Below are positions 1 through 8,961 of a stretch of 64,000 bases of DNA, in pieces. The notes below the pieces were generated by a model. It saw nothing but the letters and a program-made list of their open reading frames with translations. It had not been told where the DNA came from and searched no databases. The stretch is from assembly GCA_965200315.1 (NCBI GenBank), contig OZ241362.1:416001-480000 (forward strand), in the 5' to 3' direction. The translations under genes were made by a program, and so were the position numbers. Every line of letters starts with the position of its first letter. The first letter of the stretch is position 1. The DNA is from Candidatus Latescibacterota bacterium (GTDB lineage Bacteria; Latescibacterota; UBA2968; UBA8231).

Positions 1-315
1 ATCGGCATCCTAGATGTAAAAAAGATGTTTGGTGCGTGGAGGACTCGGCGGCAGAAGCGGGTGGAGGTAGTGGTTAACCTCGTCGATTGGGACGAAAAAT
101 ACGCCTACGAACGACTTGGCCTTGAAGACAATAAGGTGGTAATTCTCGGTGTCGAGGTGCCTGAGGTCTTCATCCCGCTGTTTCCCGGCAAAAATATCAC
201 GGTACTCGCCGAGACCATAGCGATAAGTTATCTCTTGCGCTTGGACGGTGAGTATGCGGCACGGACATTTAGCGATCGGCTCCAAGAGCGGATTAAGGCG
301 GGCAAAAAACCATGA
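1..315 (+). CDS. hprK: HPr kinase/phosphorylase, C-terminal part (5'-truncated by window edge)
   Basis: Open frame from base 1: IGILDVKKMFG...ERLG...ILGVEVP...IPLFPGKNITVLAE, matching the HprK C-terminal domain. Confidence 0.85.
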   Translation: MGILDVKKMFGAWRTRRQKRVEVVVNLVDWDEKYAYERLGLEDNKVVILGVEVPEVFIPLFPGKNITVLAETIAISYLLRLDGEYAARTFSDRLQERIKAGKKP

Positions 316-1115
316 TGACGCTTGGCGTGGCAGGCCATGATCACGAGATCGTCGCCCATCGGGATGCCTTGCGGGGTTGCCGCGATATCCAGCTTGTACA
401 CGAAGCCGACTGTGCCGCAGTCTTGGAACAAAAAATAGATGGGCTGGTGTTGTTGCACGTGGAAGATAAATCGCATTGGATCGGCGCGGCCCTAGCAGCC
501 GGTCTGCACGTTATGGCGACCCATCCGGTACAGGTGTCGAGCCCTTCCAAGGTGTGTGTGCTGTCCTTGGGGAGGCATACGCACTTTTGCTCGGCTTTAG
601 CCGCTCGACGGGGCGTAGCGCATTATTCACTGGAACTTTCTTTTAATTCGGCTTTATTCGATCCTATTGATCGCGAGACGATCTGCAACCAAGCGGCCTT
701 GGACGTATGCGACCTGTTGCTGAGTACGTGGGGGCCGGTAGATGTGCTGTACAGCAGGATGCGCAACTTCTTTCATCTTGGTCGGATGGAGGACGTGTCG
801 GTCGCGCTGCTGAGGATGCGCAACGGCGTCGAAGGCTCGGTTGCGATCCTAGACTTTCCGGCTGTGGCTCCGACGTTGTGCATCCGCGCATACGCACAAG
901 ACGCAATAATTGATACTTCTTGGCCTTGGGTATGGGAAGCGGGCGATCTGGCGGCGTACTATCGCAATTTTGTCGCCTGCATCCAAGGGCGCGCCCAGCC
1001 ATTGTTGCGTTTAGAGCAGGTGGCCGCAAGCTATCGTCTTTTGGAATGGATGCGCACATCGGCGAGACAAGATGTTATTTTGAACCGCAAGCAAGTAAAA
1101 CAATATGTCTTATAA
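312..1115 (+). CDS. Gfo/Idh/MocA-like oxidoreductase (divergent)
   Basis: Rossmann-like N-terminus, ALAAGLHV, EDVSVALLRMRNG and C-terminal FVACIQG patterns; ATGA overlap with hprK. Confidence 0.55.
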   Translation: MMTLGVAGHDHEIVAHRDALRGCRDIQLVHEADCAAVLEQKIDGLVLLHVEDKSHWIGAALAAGLHVMATHPVQVSSPSKVCVLSLGRHTHFCSALAARRGVAHYSLELSFNSALFDPIDRETICNQAALDVCDLLLSTWGPVDVLYSRMRNFFHLGRMEDVSVALLRMRNGVEGSVAILDFPAVAPTLCIRAYAQDAIIDTSWPWVWEAGDLAAYYRNFVACIQGRAQPLLRLEQVAASYRLLEWMRTSARQDVILNRKQVKQYVL

Positions 1116-1132
1116 AATTTTTTATGTAAATG
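1105..1132 (+). other. dif-like Xer recombination site 1
   Basis: ATGTCTTATAA-AATTTT-TTATGTAAATG, 11-6-11 layout; right arm resembles the XerD arm of B. subtilis dif (TTATGTAAACT). Confidence 0.7.
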
Positions 1133-1136
1133 AAAA

Positions 1137-1661
1137 ATGAAAGAACAATCAACGCAACCCACGTACTTCGCTCTTGCGCTAGCATTCTTCTTATTGGCGA
1201 TCGTGTTGCTGTTCAACATGCTGGGTCCTATGGCCGTGCCGGTTACTAGGGAACAGTTCGATCAGATACAAGAGGCCAATCTCATCGAGTATCTGATCGT
1301 GCAACCCCAAGGATTTACTTGGCAGCTTGCAAGAGCCGTCCGTGTCCAAGGTGCCAACGGCGAGACGGTAGCCAAGCGGATTGAGCTAGCCGAGCCGGAC
1401 CCAACCGTGGCCGAAGATTGGCGACAAAAGGGGGGCGCAGTGCGTCAAGAGCAAGATACCTCGTGGTGGGGAGGTGCGGTCTTCATGGCCTTGTTGCTCG
1501 GCGTGGGGGGATGGCACATCTGGTCCCAAATACGACTGGATATCAAAGGGGGAGGAGGGCCACGCCGCCGCTTGCGCGACTTGGAAGCCGCGCTCAAACA
1601 AGGCAAAATTACCCAAGCCGAATTCCGGCAGCAGGCCGAACGGCTCTGGGCCGAGTTGTGA
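1137..1661 (+). CDS. Membrane protein resembling the FtsH N-terminal region, with a C-terminal SHOCT-like helix
   Basis: Two hydrophobic helices flanking a soluble domain; C-terminal GKITQAEFRQQAERL. Confidence 0.55.
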   Translation: MKEQSTQPTYFALALAFFLLAIVLLFNMLGPMAVPVTREQFDQIQEANLIEYLIVQPQGFTWQLARAVRVQGANGETVAKRIELAEPDPTVAEDWRQKGGAVRQEQDTSWWGGAVFMALLLGVGGWHIWSQIRLDIKGGGGPRRRLRDLEAALKQGKITQAEFRQQAERLWAEL

Positions 1662-1667
1662 GGATAT

Positions 1668-3458
1668 ATGGCGAGTACTATTCGCGTTCTCGACGAAAGT
1701 CTCATTGGAAAAATAGCCGCTGGCGAGGTGGTGGAACGGCCCGCTTCGGTCGTGAAGGAATTGGTCGAAAACTCGATTGATGCGGGGGCCACTAAAATCT
1801 GCGTGGAAATCAGGGCCGGTGGCAAGCAGTCGGTCGTCGTGACCGACGATGGCTCGGGCATGAACAGAGAGGATATCGCGCTGTGTGTATGCCGTCATGC
1901 CACGAGCAAAATGGCTTCAGTGGCCGATCTGTTTCGCATTCAGACGCTGGGGTTTCGCGGCGAAGCCTTAGCCAGCATTGGTGCGGTAGCGCACTTGGCT
2001 ATTGAATCGCGTACAGAGCAAGACGAAACCGGGACGCGCTTGGTTATAGAAGGCGGCATAGAGCGAGAGATGCACAGCATCGGCCGAGCGCGTGGTACGA
2101 CCATTGTGGTAAAGAACCTGTTTTTTAATACGCCAGCGCGGCGCAAGTTCCTCCGCTCGGTCAATGCGGAAGCTCGCCACGTGGCGCAGACCATCATCCA
2201 TCTAGCCGCTGGTTATCCGGCTCTTGGTTTTGAACTAGAGCACCAAGATCGCCAAGTATTGAACTACGCCCCGGCGTCTCGTCGGGAACGGGCGGCCGAG
2301 CTGTTGGGCATCCAGACTGCTCCAGCCGACGAGTTGTTGGATCTCGCCCACGAGGAGGAGGGCCTCAAAATCGAAGGGGTCTTAGCCGGTCCCGAACACT
2401 GCGGCCGGAGCAAGGGCAAGCAGTATCTCATCGTACAAGGACGGCCCATCTCTTCGCGGCTGATGGCTACCGCTGTACAGCGGTGCTTTGAAGGTTTACT
2501 ACCCGAAGGACATCATCCAGTATTCATGCTCTGGATCGATATGGATCCCAAGAAAATCGACGTCAATGTCCATCCGACGAAGCGGGAGATTCGCTTGTCC
2601 AACGAAGGGCAAGTCATCGCGGCTATTGAGAGCAGCGTCCGGCATACCTTGCGCCTGCCCGATGTCCGATCCTTCGTCTATACTGCGGCCCCAAGGCCGG
2701 ACAGCACACCTCGCTTCAGCGAGACCAGCAGTGCTGCGGGCGTCGAGCCGGTTTCGGTGCGCGTGGGCGAATCGGCGGCACCGGTATTGCAAAGATTGCC
2801 TACGCCCGAAGCGCCCGAGTCAGCAGTTCATGCAAACGACCAACTCAATATGGCCCTCGTCGCTCCAGCCTCAGTCAAAGTCGCTGTCGCCGAAGATGCT
2901 GCGATGTGGCAGATCCACAACCAGTACATCCTCGTCGAGGTAGCCGATGGATTGCTCTTTGTCGACCAGCAGGCGGCGCACGAACGCATCAACTACGATC
3001 GGGCCATGGCGCAAGTGGACGGCGCGGCCAGTGAGAGCCAGCAGTTGCTCTTTCCCATACAGCTAGAAATGGGCGCAGAAGATTTCGAGATCTTCAACCA
3101 AGTGCGAGATGATATTACCAAGCTAGGCTTTGTCGCGCGCGATTTTGGTGCGCGGACGGTGTTGGTGGAAGCTGTGCCCGCTGAATTAGATCGCTTTGGT
3201 GAAGGCAATGCTTTTTATCAGCTATTGAACGATGTGCGCGATGGCCAGCATTCGGGCCGCTCTTGGCGCGAAGCACTCGTCTTGGCTTATGCGCGCAAGG
3301 CGAGCATTAAGAAAGGGCAGAAACTGAACGCCGAGGAAATAGCGCACTTGATCAACGAATTGCTAAAGGCCGACTCACCGCACGTAAGCCCAACGGACAA
3401 GCCGATCATGGCGAGGATGAAGTTGAGCGATATGGAGCGTCTATTGCGGAAGTTCTAG
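1668..3458 (+). CDS. mutL: DNA mismatch repair protein MutL
   Basis: KIAAGEVVERPASVVKELVENSIDAGA, TLGFRGEALASI, DVNVHPTK and QQLLFP clamp motif. Confidence 0.97.
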   Translation: MASTIRVLDESLIGKIAAGEVVERPASVVKELVENSIDAGATKICVEIRAGGKQSVVVTDDGSGMNREDIALCVCRHATSKMASVADLFRIQTLGFRGEALASIGAVAHLAIESRTEQDETGTRLVIEGGIEREMHSIGRARGTTIVVKNLFFNTPARRKFLRSVNAEARHVAQTIIHLAAGYPALGFELEHQDRQVLNYAPASRRERAAELLGIQTAPADELLDLAHEEEGLKIEGVLAGPEHCGRSKGKQYLIVQGRPISSRLMATAVQRCFEGLLPEGHHPVFMLWIDMDPKKIDVNVHPTKREIRLSNEGQVIAAIESSVRHTLRLPDVRSFVYTAAPRPDSTPRFSETSSAAGVEPVSVRVGESAAPVLQRLPTPEAPESAVHANDQLNMALVAPASVKVAVAEDAAMWQIHNQYILVEVADGLLFVDQQAAHERINYDRAMAQVDGAASESQQLLFPIQLEMGAEDFEIFNQVRDDITKLGFVARDFGARTVLVEAVPAELDRFGEGNAFYQLLNDVRDGQHSGRSWREALVLAYARKASIKKGQKLNAEEIAHLINELLKADSPHVSPTDKPIMARMKLSDMERLLRKF

Positions 3459-3482
3459 TGTTTGGACACCTGATGATCAGGA

Positions 3483-3514
3483 ATACTAACGATAACAGGC
3501 ATTATCGTTAGTAT
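3483..3514. other. Perfect 13-bp inverted repeat with 6-bp spacer; candidate tyrosine-recombinase core site
   Basis: ATACTAACGATAA-CAGGCA-TTATCGTTAGTAT, 120 bp upstream of the recombinase gene. Confidence 0.75.
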
Positions 3515-3634
3515 AACAAGTGTGCTACACAGCGGGCAAAATGCTGCGATGTTCGCTATATTTTTTCTTAGCCACTGTTAAGAACATCCCGGATATTTAG
3601 TCATCAGACCTTTAGCCCCTGTGAGCATATTCAG

Positions 3635-4609
3635 ATGAGCCGCGCACTCACTCCAGTCGTCCGCCAACTAACGCCAACACCAGCGTTGATGGCGGACGAT
3701 CCTCTGGAACAATTTCTCAGCGGTCAGCTCAGCGAGCGTACGCGACGTGCGTATTACGCCGATCTCCAGCATTTCTTTTTATCCATCGGCCTAGAACTAA
3801 ATGAAGTGTCGCTCGCTGTCTTGCAGTCAATCACCTTTGAGCACGTGGTCGCCTTTAGAAACCAGCTCGCCAGCGAAGGCTACAAGCGCAGCAGCATCAA
3901 CAGAAAGTTGTCCAGCCTGAAGTCGTTGTTCAAGATGTTGGTCGCCTTGGGCCACATTGAGAAGAATCCCGCCGACTCTACGTTGGTGCGCGGCTACAAG
4001 GTTGATGAAACGCTGGCTGGCAAAGCACTTTCCAATCAGGTGCTGAATAAGATTCAGCAAGCCATTGCCGAGGAAAAAGACGATTTGGTTCGTACGCGCG
4101 ATGCGGCCATGTTTCATTTGCTCACATTCGGCGGGCTGCGCCGCTCTGAAGTGGCAGGCGTCGCTTGGGAAGATATATCCTTGGAGGGCGTCTTTTACAT
4201 CCTGCACCTGCCCCAGACTAAATCGGGCGTGGTGCAGGAGATCAAACTGCAAAACATCGTCTTACATCATCTCGAACTGTACAAACAACAACTACAGGTG
4301 GCGGGCTTGCCGGCGACCGGCAAAGTCTTTATCAGCTTGTCGCGCAACCAATCTCGCGGCCGGCCGCTGACCGACCAATCGGTAAATCACATCGTCAAGA
4401 AATACGCCCTGCGCGCAGGCCTCCCCCAAAACGTCACTGCACACATGTTCCGCCACACATGCTGCACCCTAGCGATTGAAGGCGGAGCCAAGCCCCAGCA
4501 GGTGCAAGCCCATTTGCGCCACAAGGATCTAAAGACGACGATGCGCTACTACGAAAACCGCGAGAGGCTGCTCGATAATGCGTCTGATTATATTAGGATT
4601 GGTAGTTGA
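3635..4609 (+). CDS. XerC/XerD-like tyrosine recombinase
   Basis: SAM-like N-domain (SERTRRAYYADL, SSINRKLSSLKSLF); catalytic R (GLRRSE), K (QTKSG), HxxR (HMFRH), H (LRH), Y (TTMRYY). Confidence 0.93.
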   Translation: MSRALTPVVRQLTPTPALMADDPLEQFLSGQLSERTRRAYYADLQHFFLSIGLELNEVSLAVLQSITFEHVVAFRNQLASEGYKRSSINRKLSSLKSLFKMLVALGHIEKNPADSTLVRGYKVDETLAGKALSNQVLNKIQQAIAEEKDDLVRTRDAAMFHLLTFGGLRRSEVAGVAWEDISLEGVFYILHLPQTKSGVVQEIKLQNIVLHHLELYKQQLQVAGLPATGKVFISLSRNQSRGRPLTDQSVNHIVKKYALRAGLPQNVTAHMFRHTCCTLAIEGGAKPQQVQAHLRHKDLKTTMRYYENRERLLDNASDYIRIGS

Positions 4610-4627
4610 GTGTTTTTTGTTGTGTTT

Positions 4628-4655
4628 TATTTACATAAAAAATTTTATAAGACAT
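4628..4655 (-). other. dif-like Xer recombination site 2 (inverted copy of site 1)
   Basis: Minus strand reads ATGTCTTATAA-AATTTT-TTATGTAAATA; 27/28 identical to 1105-1132. Confidence 0.7.
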
Positions 4656-4681
4656 TATATTTTTCAGACTTCACTGAGACC

Positions 4682-7564
4682 TTACACCACGATATTAACA
4701 ATTTTATCCGGCACCCATATAAAGCGCTTTATTGCCGTTTCATCGGCCACGTATTTCTGGATGCTCTCCATATCGAGTACCAAGGACTTGATTGCGTCCT
4801 CGGCGGTGCTGACGGGCACTTTGACTTGTCCGCGCATTTTGCCGTTGACCTGAATGGGGACTACGATCAGGTCCTCAGCGGCCTTGGCTGCATCCCAGTC
4901 AGGCCAACTCTGGCGACTAAGCTCTCCCCTCCCCAAGCCCGCCAGTTCCCAGATCTCCTCGGCAATATGCGGAGCAAAGGGCACCAGCAGGATCAAAAAC
5001 GGCTTAGCAACCGCCTGCGGTACTTCGTCTAAAGACACCAACTGGTTGTTTAACTCGATCAAGGCGGCAATCGCCGTATTAAACCGCAACCCCTCTATGT
5101 CCTCAGCTACCTTTTGGATGGTTTGGTGCAGCTTTCTTTCTAGGTCAGGTCCCAACACCGCGCTCGCCCCTATCTTCACGCGCCGGTCCGAATCGACAAA
5201 GTTGCGCCAAACGCGCTGCAAGAAGCGCTGCATCCCGCGAATGCCTTCCATGCTCCACGGAGCACTCGCTTCGAGTGGCCCCATGTACATTTCGTATAGC
5301 CGCAGGGTATCCACGCCAAATTCCTCGCCAATTTCTTCGGGCGGCAACCCATTTTTGTAGCGCTTGCCCATTTTGCCGAAAGACTGGCGTAGCACCTTCC
5401 CCGTCCCCTTTTCAACAGGCTCCCCATCGCGGAATTCGACCTCGCGGATGTCGATATACACACCGCGCTCGTCCTGAAAGGCATCCGCGGTCATCATGCC
5501 TTGGTTGAACAACTTCTTAAACGGCTCAGGCGTGGATACGTGGCCCAAGTCGTAGAGGGCCTTGTGCCAAAACCGAGCGTAGAGCAAGTGCAATACCGCG
5601 TGTTCAGCACCGCCGATGTAGAGATCAACGGGCATGAAGTAGCTCTCTTTGGCCGGGTCGCAGAAGGCTTCTTCGTTGTGCGGATCGATAAAGCGGAGAT
5701 AATACCAGCAAGAACCGGCCCATTGGGGCATGACGTTGAGTTCGCGCCGGCAGGCCACTCCGTCAATTTCCACTGTCGTCCACTCTGTTCCGGCCCGGTG
5801 CAACGGCGGTGCAACGGGTTGGGTGGGATCGTCAGAGGTTTCCGGTCTGAAATCCTCTAAGTCCGGCAGCGCCACCGGAGGCACCACCGCGACGGAATAT
5901 CCATCGGGGTGCGTGGCCAGTGGAAAGGGCTCGCCCCAATAGCGCTGCCGAGCAAAGGTCCAGTCGCGCAATTTGTAGTTTACCGCGGCTTGGCCACGCC
6001 CTTGGGAGACTAGTACGGCGACGATCTGAGCTTTGGCCGCGCCCGTTGCCAAGCCGTTAATGGCGTATGGATTATCTCCGCCCCGTACTGGAGAATTGAT
6101 CGCAGTTCCCTCCCCGGCATACCACTCCTCGGCCCTTCCCTCCCCTCCAGTAACTACCTTCACAATGTCTACGTTATAGGTGGCGGCAAAGGCGAAATCG
6201 CGCTCGTCGTGGGCCGGCACCGCCATAATGGCACCCGCGCCATAGTCCATGCTGACGTAGTCGGCGACGAAAATGGGAATTTTTTGTCCGTTGACTGGAT
6301 TGCGGGCATAGATGCCGGAGAAAATGCCCGTTTTTTCCTTGGTTTCATCCGCTGTGGAGACGGCAACCTGAGCTACGTATTGGGCTACCGCTTCCCGGAT
6401 GGATTCCCCGCCTCCCTTCCACTGCTCCGGCGTTCCGTCGGGCCAGACGCTGGGCACTAAGTAGGCTTCCCCGGCGGGATCCACCAGCGGATGCTGAGGG
6501 GCAATCGCCATAAAGGTCGCTCCGAAAAGCGTGTCGGGCCGGGTCGTGAACACGGGCAATTGCCCAGCGACCGCGTCGCTTTGCGGGTCAAGGACATCGA
6601 AGCACACTTCAGCTCCTTCGCTGCGGCCGATCCAGTTGCGCTGCATCCGTTTGATAGGCTCTGGCCAATCGAGACGAAAGGGCGCGCCGTTGCGGTCCTC
6701 CAGCTCAAAGTCCAAGTCCTCTAAGAGCCGCTCGGCGTAAGCTGTTATGCGCATCGTCCATTGTCGCAGTGGTTTGCGATACACGGGAAAATCGCCCCGC
6801 TCGCTGCGGCCTTCGCTGTTTACCTCCTCGTTGGCCAATACAGTGCCCAAGCCCGGGCACCAGTTGACGACGGCCTCTTGCTGGTACGCTAGTCGGTAGT
6901 TGTTTAACACAGCTTGCTGCTGGGCCGTGGTTAGTGCAGACCAAGCTGCATCGGTGCTGAGCACTTGGCAATCTGCGGCCGACAGGGCCCTGCCAGCCGC
7001 AAATTGGGCCTCTAAGTCGGCGATGGGCTTGGCTCGTCCCTTTATTTGGCGTCCATTGCCGTCTTCCCAGAGCTCGTCTGCGTCGAAATAGCTGTCGAAT
7101 AGCTGGGCAAAAATCCACTGAGTCCAGCGGTAGTATGACTCCCGCGACGTGACCACTTCGCGGCCCCAATCAAACGAGAGTCCAAGAAACTGCAATTGGC
7201 TGCGCATCGCAGCGATATTCTGCTCTGTTACAGCCGCTGGATGGATGTTGTGTTCGATCGCGTATTGCTCGGCCGGCAATCCGAAACTGTCGAACCCCAT
7301 CGGATGCAGGACGTTAAATCCCTGCATCCTTTTGTAGCGGCTGTAGATGTCGCTGGCGATATACCCTTTGGGATGGCCGATGTGTAGCCCGGCGCCGCTG
7401 GGATAGGGAAACATATCGAGGATGTAGCACTTGGGTTTGCGGTCGTCGAAACCAACCTCCCCCGGCCCCAGCGTTTGATAGGTTTTCTCCTGCTCCCAAT
7501 GGGACCGCCATTTGGTTTCGATGTCTTGGAAATTGTATTGGTCTTTTTTTTGTTTTGTTGACAT
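4682..7564 (-). CDS. leuS: Leucine--tRNA ligase
   Basis: MFPYPSGAGLHIGH, FTTRPDTLFGATF editing domain, YIGGAEHAVLHLLYARF, KMGK variant of KMSKS. Confidence 0.97.
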   Translation of the reverse strand: MSTKQKKDQYNFQDIETKWRSHWEQEKTYQTLGPGEVGFDDRKPKCYILDMFPYPSGAGLHIGHPKGYIASDIYSRYKRMQGFNVLHPMGFDSFGLPAEQYAIEHNIHPAAVTEQNIAAMRSQLQFLGLSFDWGREVVTSRESYYRWTQWIFAQLFDSYFDADELWEDGNGRQIKGRAKPIADLEAQFAAGRALSAADCQVLSTDAAWSALTTAQQQAVLNNYRLAYQQEAVVNWCPGLGTVLANEEVNSEGRSERGDFPVYRKPLRQWTMRITAYAERLLEDLDFELEDRNGAPFRLDWPEPIKRMQRNWIGRSEGAEVCFDVLDPQSDAVAGQLPVFTTRPDTLFGATFMAIAPQHPLVDPAGEAYLVPSVWPDGTPEQWKGGGESIREAVAQYVAQVAVSTADETKEKTGIFSGIYARNPVNGQKIPIFVADYVSMDYGAGAIMAVPAHDERDFAFAATYNVDIVKVVTGGEGRAEEWYAGEGTAINSPVRGGDNPYAINGLATGAAKAQIVAVLVSQGRGQAAVNYKLRDWTFARQRYWGEPFPLATHPDGYSVAVVPPVALPDLEDFRPETSDDPTQPVAPPLHRAGTEWTTVEIDGVACRRELNVMPQWAGSCWYYLRFIDPHNEEAFCDPAKESYFMPVDLYIGGAEHAVLHLLYARFWHKALYDLGHVSTPEPFKKLFNQGMMTADAFQDERGVYIDIREVEFRDGEPVEKGTGKVLRQSFGKMGKRYKNGLPPEEIGEEFGVDTLRLYEMYMGPLEASAPWSMEGIRGMQRFLQRVWRNFVDSDRRVKIGASAVLGPDLERKLHQTIQKVAEDIEGLRFNTAIAALIELNNQLVSLDEVPQAVAKPFLILLVPFAPHIAEEIWELAGLGRGELSRQSWPDWDAAKAAEDLIVVPIQVNGKMRGQVKVPVSTAEDAIKSLVLDMESIQKYVADETAIKRFIWVPDKIVNIVV

Positions 7565-7583
7565 AATTATCCTTATAAGACAC
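7556..7583 (-). other. dif-like site 3 at the asnS/leuS junction
   Basis: Minus strand reads GTGTCTTATAA-GGATAA-TTATGTCAACA; overlaps the leuS ATG and abuts the asnS stop. Confidence 0.55.
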
Positions 7584-8888
7584 TTATGGATAGAGACGCT
7601 GTATCATGCGCGGAAATGGAATGGTCTCGCGCACGTGCTTGACGCCGCACAACCAAGCGACCATCCGCTCGATTCCCATGCCGAAGCCAGCGTGCTCGAC
7701 CGAGCCGTAGCGCCGCAAGTCGAGATACCAGCTAAAGGCTTCTTGGGGCAACTGATGCGCGGCAATTTTGTGCTGCAAGACAGCGAGATCGTCTTCGCGT
7801 TGCCCGCCCCCGATGATTTCCCCGTACCCTTCGGGGGCCAACAGGTCCATACACAGGGCCAAGCGGCGGTCTTGGGCATCTTCTTTCATGTAGAATGCCT
7901 TGACCGCGCTGGGATAGCGGTGGACGAAAACCGGCGACTCGAACTCGGCGGCGAGAATGGTTTCGTCATCCCCGCCCAAATCACTCCCCCAAGCGATGTC
8001 GCTGCCTAGGGCTGTCAGGCACTCGATGGCCTTATCATAGGTCAGGCGCGGAAAGGGCCGCCTGACCTGTTCCAGCTTGGCGGTATCTCGCTCAAGCAGC
8101 TCGAGCTCTGCGCGGCGGCCGTCGAGTACGCGGTCGAGCACGTACAAAACCATGTCCTCGGCCAAGGCCATCGCACCCTCTAAATCGCAATACGCCATCT
8201 CCGGTTCGATCATCCAAAACTCGGTCAGGTGCCGACGGGTCTTGGACTTTTCCGCACGGAACGTCGGGCCAAAACAATAGACCTTGCCCAAAGCCATGGC
8301 GGCCGCTTCCATATAGAGCTGGCCGCTCTGTGTTAAATAAGCCGTGTCATCGAAATACGCAGTCTCAAACAAGGTCGAGGTCCCCTCACAGGCCGCGGGC
8401 GTAAAAATCGGCGCATCCACGAGGACAAAGCCACGCGTTTCCATGAAGTCGCGGCAGGCTTTGCAAATTTCGCTGCGGATCTTGAGAATGGCCCCCGGAC
8501 GAGAAGACCGCAGCCACAAGTGGCGGTGGTCGAGGAGAAAGGACACCCCGTGTTCCTTCGGCGTGATGGGATAAGGCTCGGCCTCCTGCACGACTTTGAG
8601 ATCGCTGACCCCCACCTCATAGCCGATGGGCGAGCGCTCTTCCCGCCGCACTTGGCCGCGGACTACGAGCGAAGATTCTTGCGGCAAGTGATCGCACCGT
8701 TCAAACAGCTCTGATTCGACATCCCCCTTAAAAACAACGCATTGCACCACACCACTGCCGTCGCGCAGTTGCAAAAAATGCAGCTTGCCGCTCGAGCGCT
8801 TGTTGTACAACCAACCGCGCAACACCACTTCTCGGCCCTCATAGCGACCGATGTCAGCCACCTGAATCAACACCATTTGCTTATCCAT
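7584..8888 (-). CDS. asnS: Asparagine--tRNA ligase
   Basis: LRDGSG OB fold, [42 protein letters not shown], motif 3 GFGMGIER. Confidence 0.95.
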   Translation of the reverse strand: MDKQMVLIQVADIGRYEGREVVLRGWLYNKRSSGKLHFLQLRDGSGVVQCVVFKGDVESELFERCDHLPQESSLVVRGQVRREERSPIGYEVGVSDLKVVQEAEPYPITPKEHGVSFLLDHRHLWLRSSRPGAILKIRSEICKACRDFMETRGFVLVDAPIFTPAACEGTSTLFETAYFDDTAYLTQSGQLYMEAAAMALGKVYCFGPTFRAEKSKTRRHLTEFWMIEPEMAYCDLEGAMALAEDMVLYVLDRVLDGRRAELELLERDTAKLEQVRRPFPRLTYDKAIECLTALGSDIAWGSDLGGDDETILAAEFESPVFVHRYPSAVKAFYMKEDAQDRRLALCMDLLAPEGYGEIIGGGQREDDLAVLQHKIAAHQLPQEAFSWYLDLRRYGSVEHAGFGMGIERMVAWLCGVKHVRETIPFPRMIQRLYP

Positions 8889-8902
8889 ATACCGTTATAA
8901 TA

Positions 8903-8940
8903 AGAAAAGACTATCGAGCTAGACTCGATAGCCTTCTCTT
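8903..8940 (-). terminator. Probable intrinsic terminator after pnp
   Basis: Stem CTATCGAG/CTCGATAG followed by a T-rich tail on the minus strand. Confidence 0.6.
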
Positions 8941-8961
8941 CGTCTAGCTCAAGGCCAGCAT

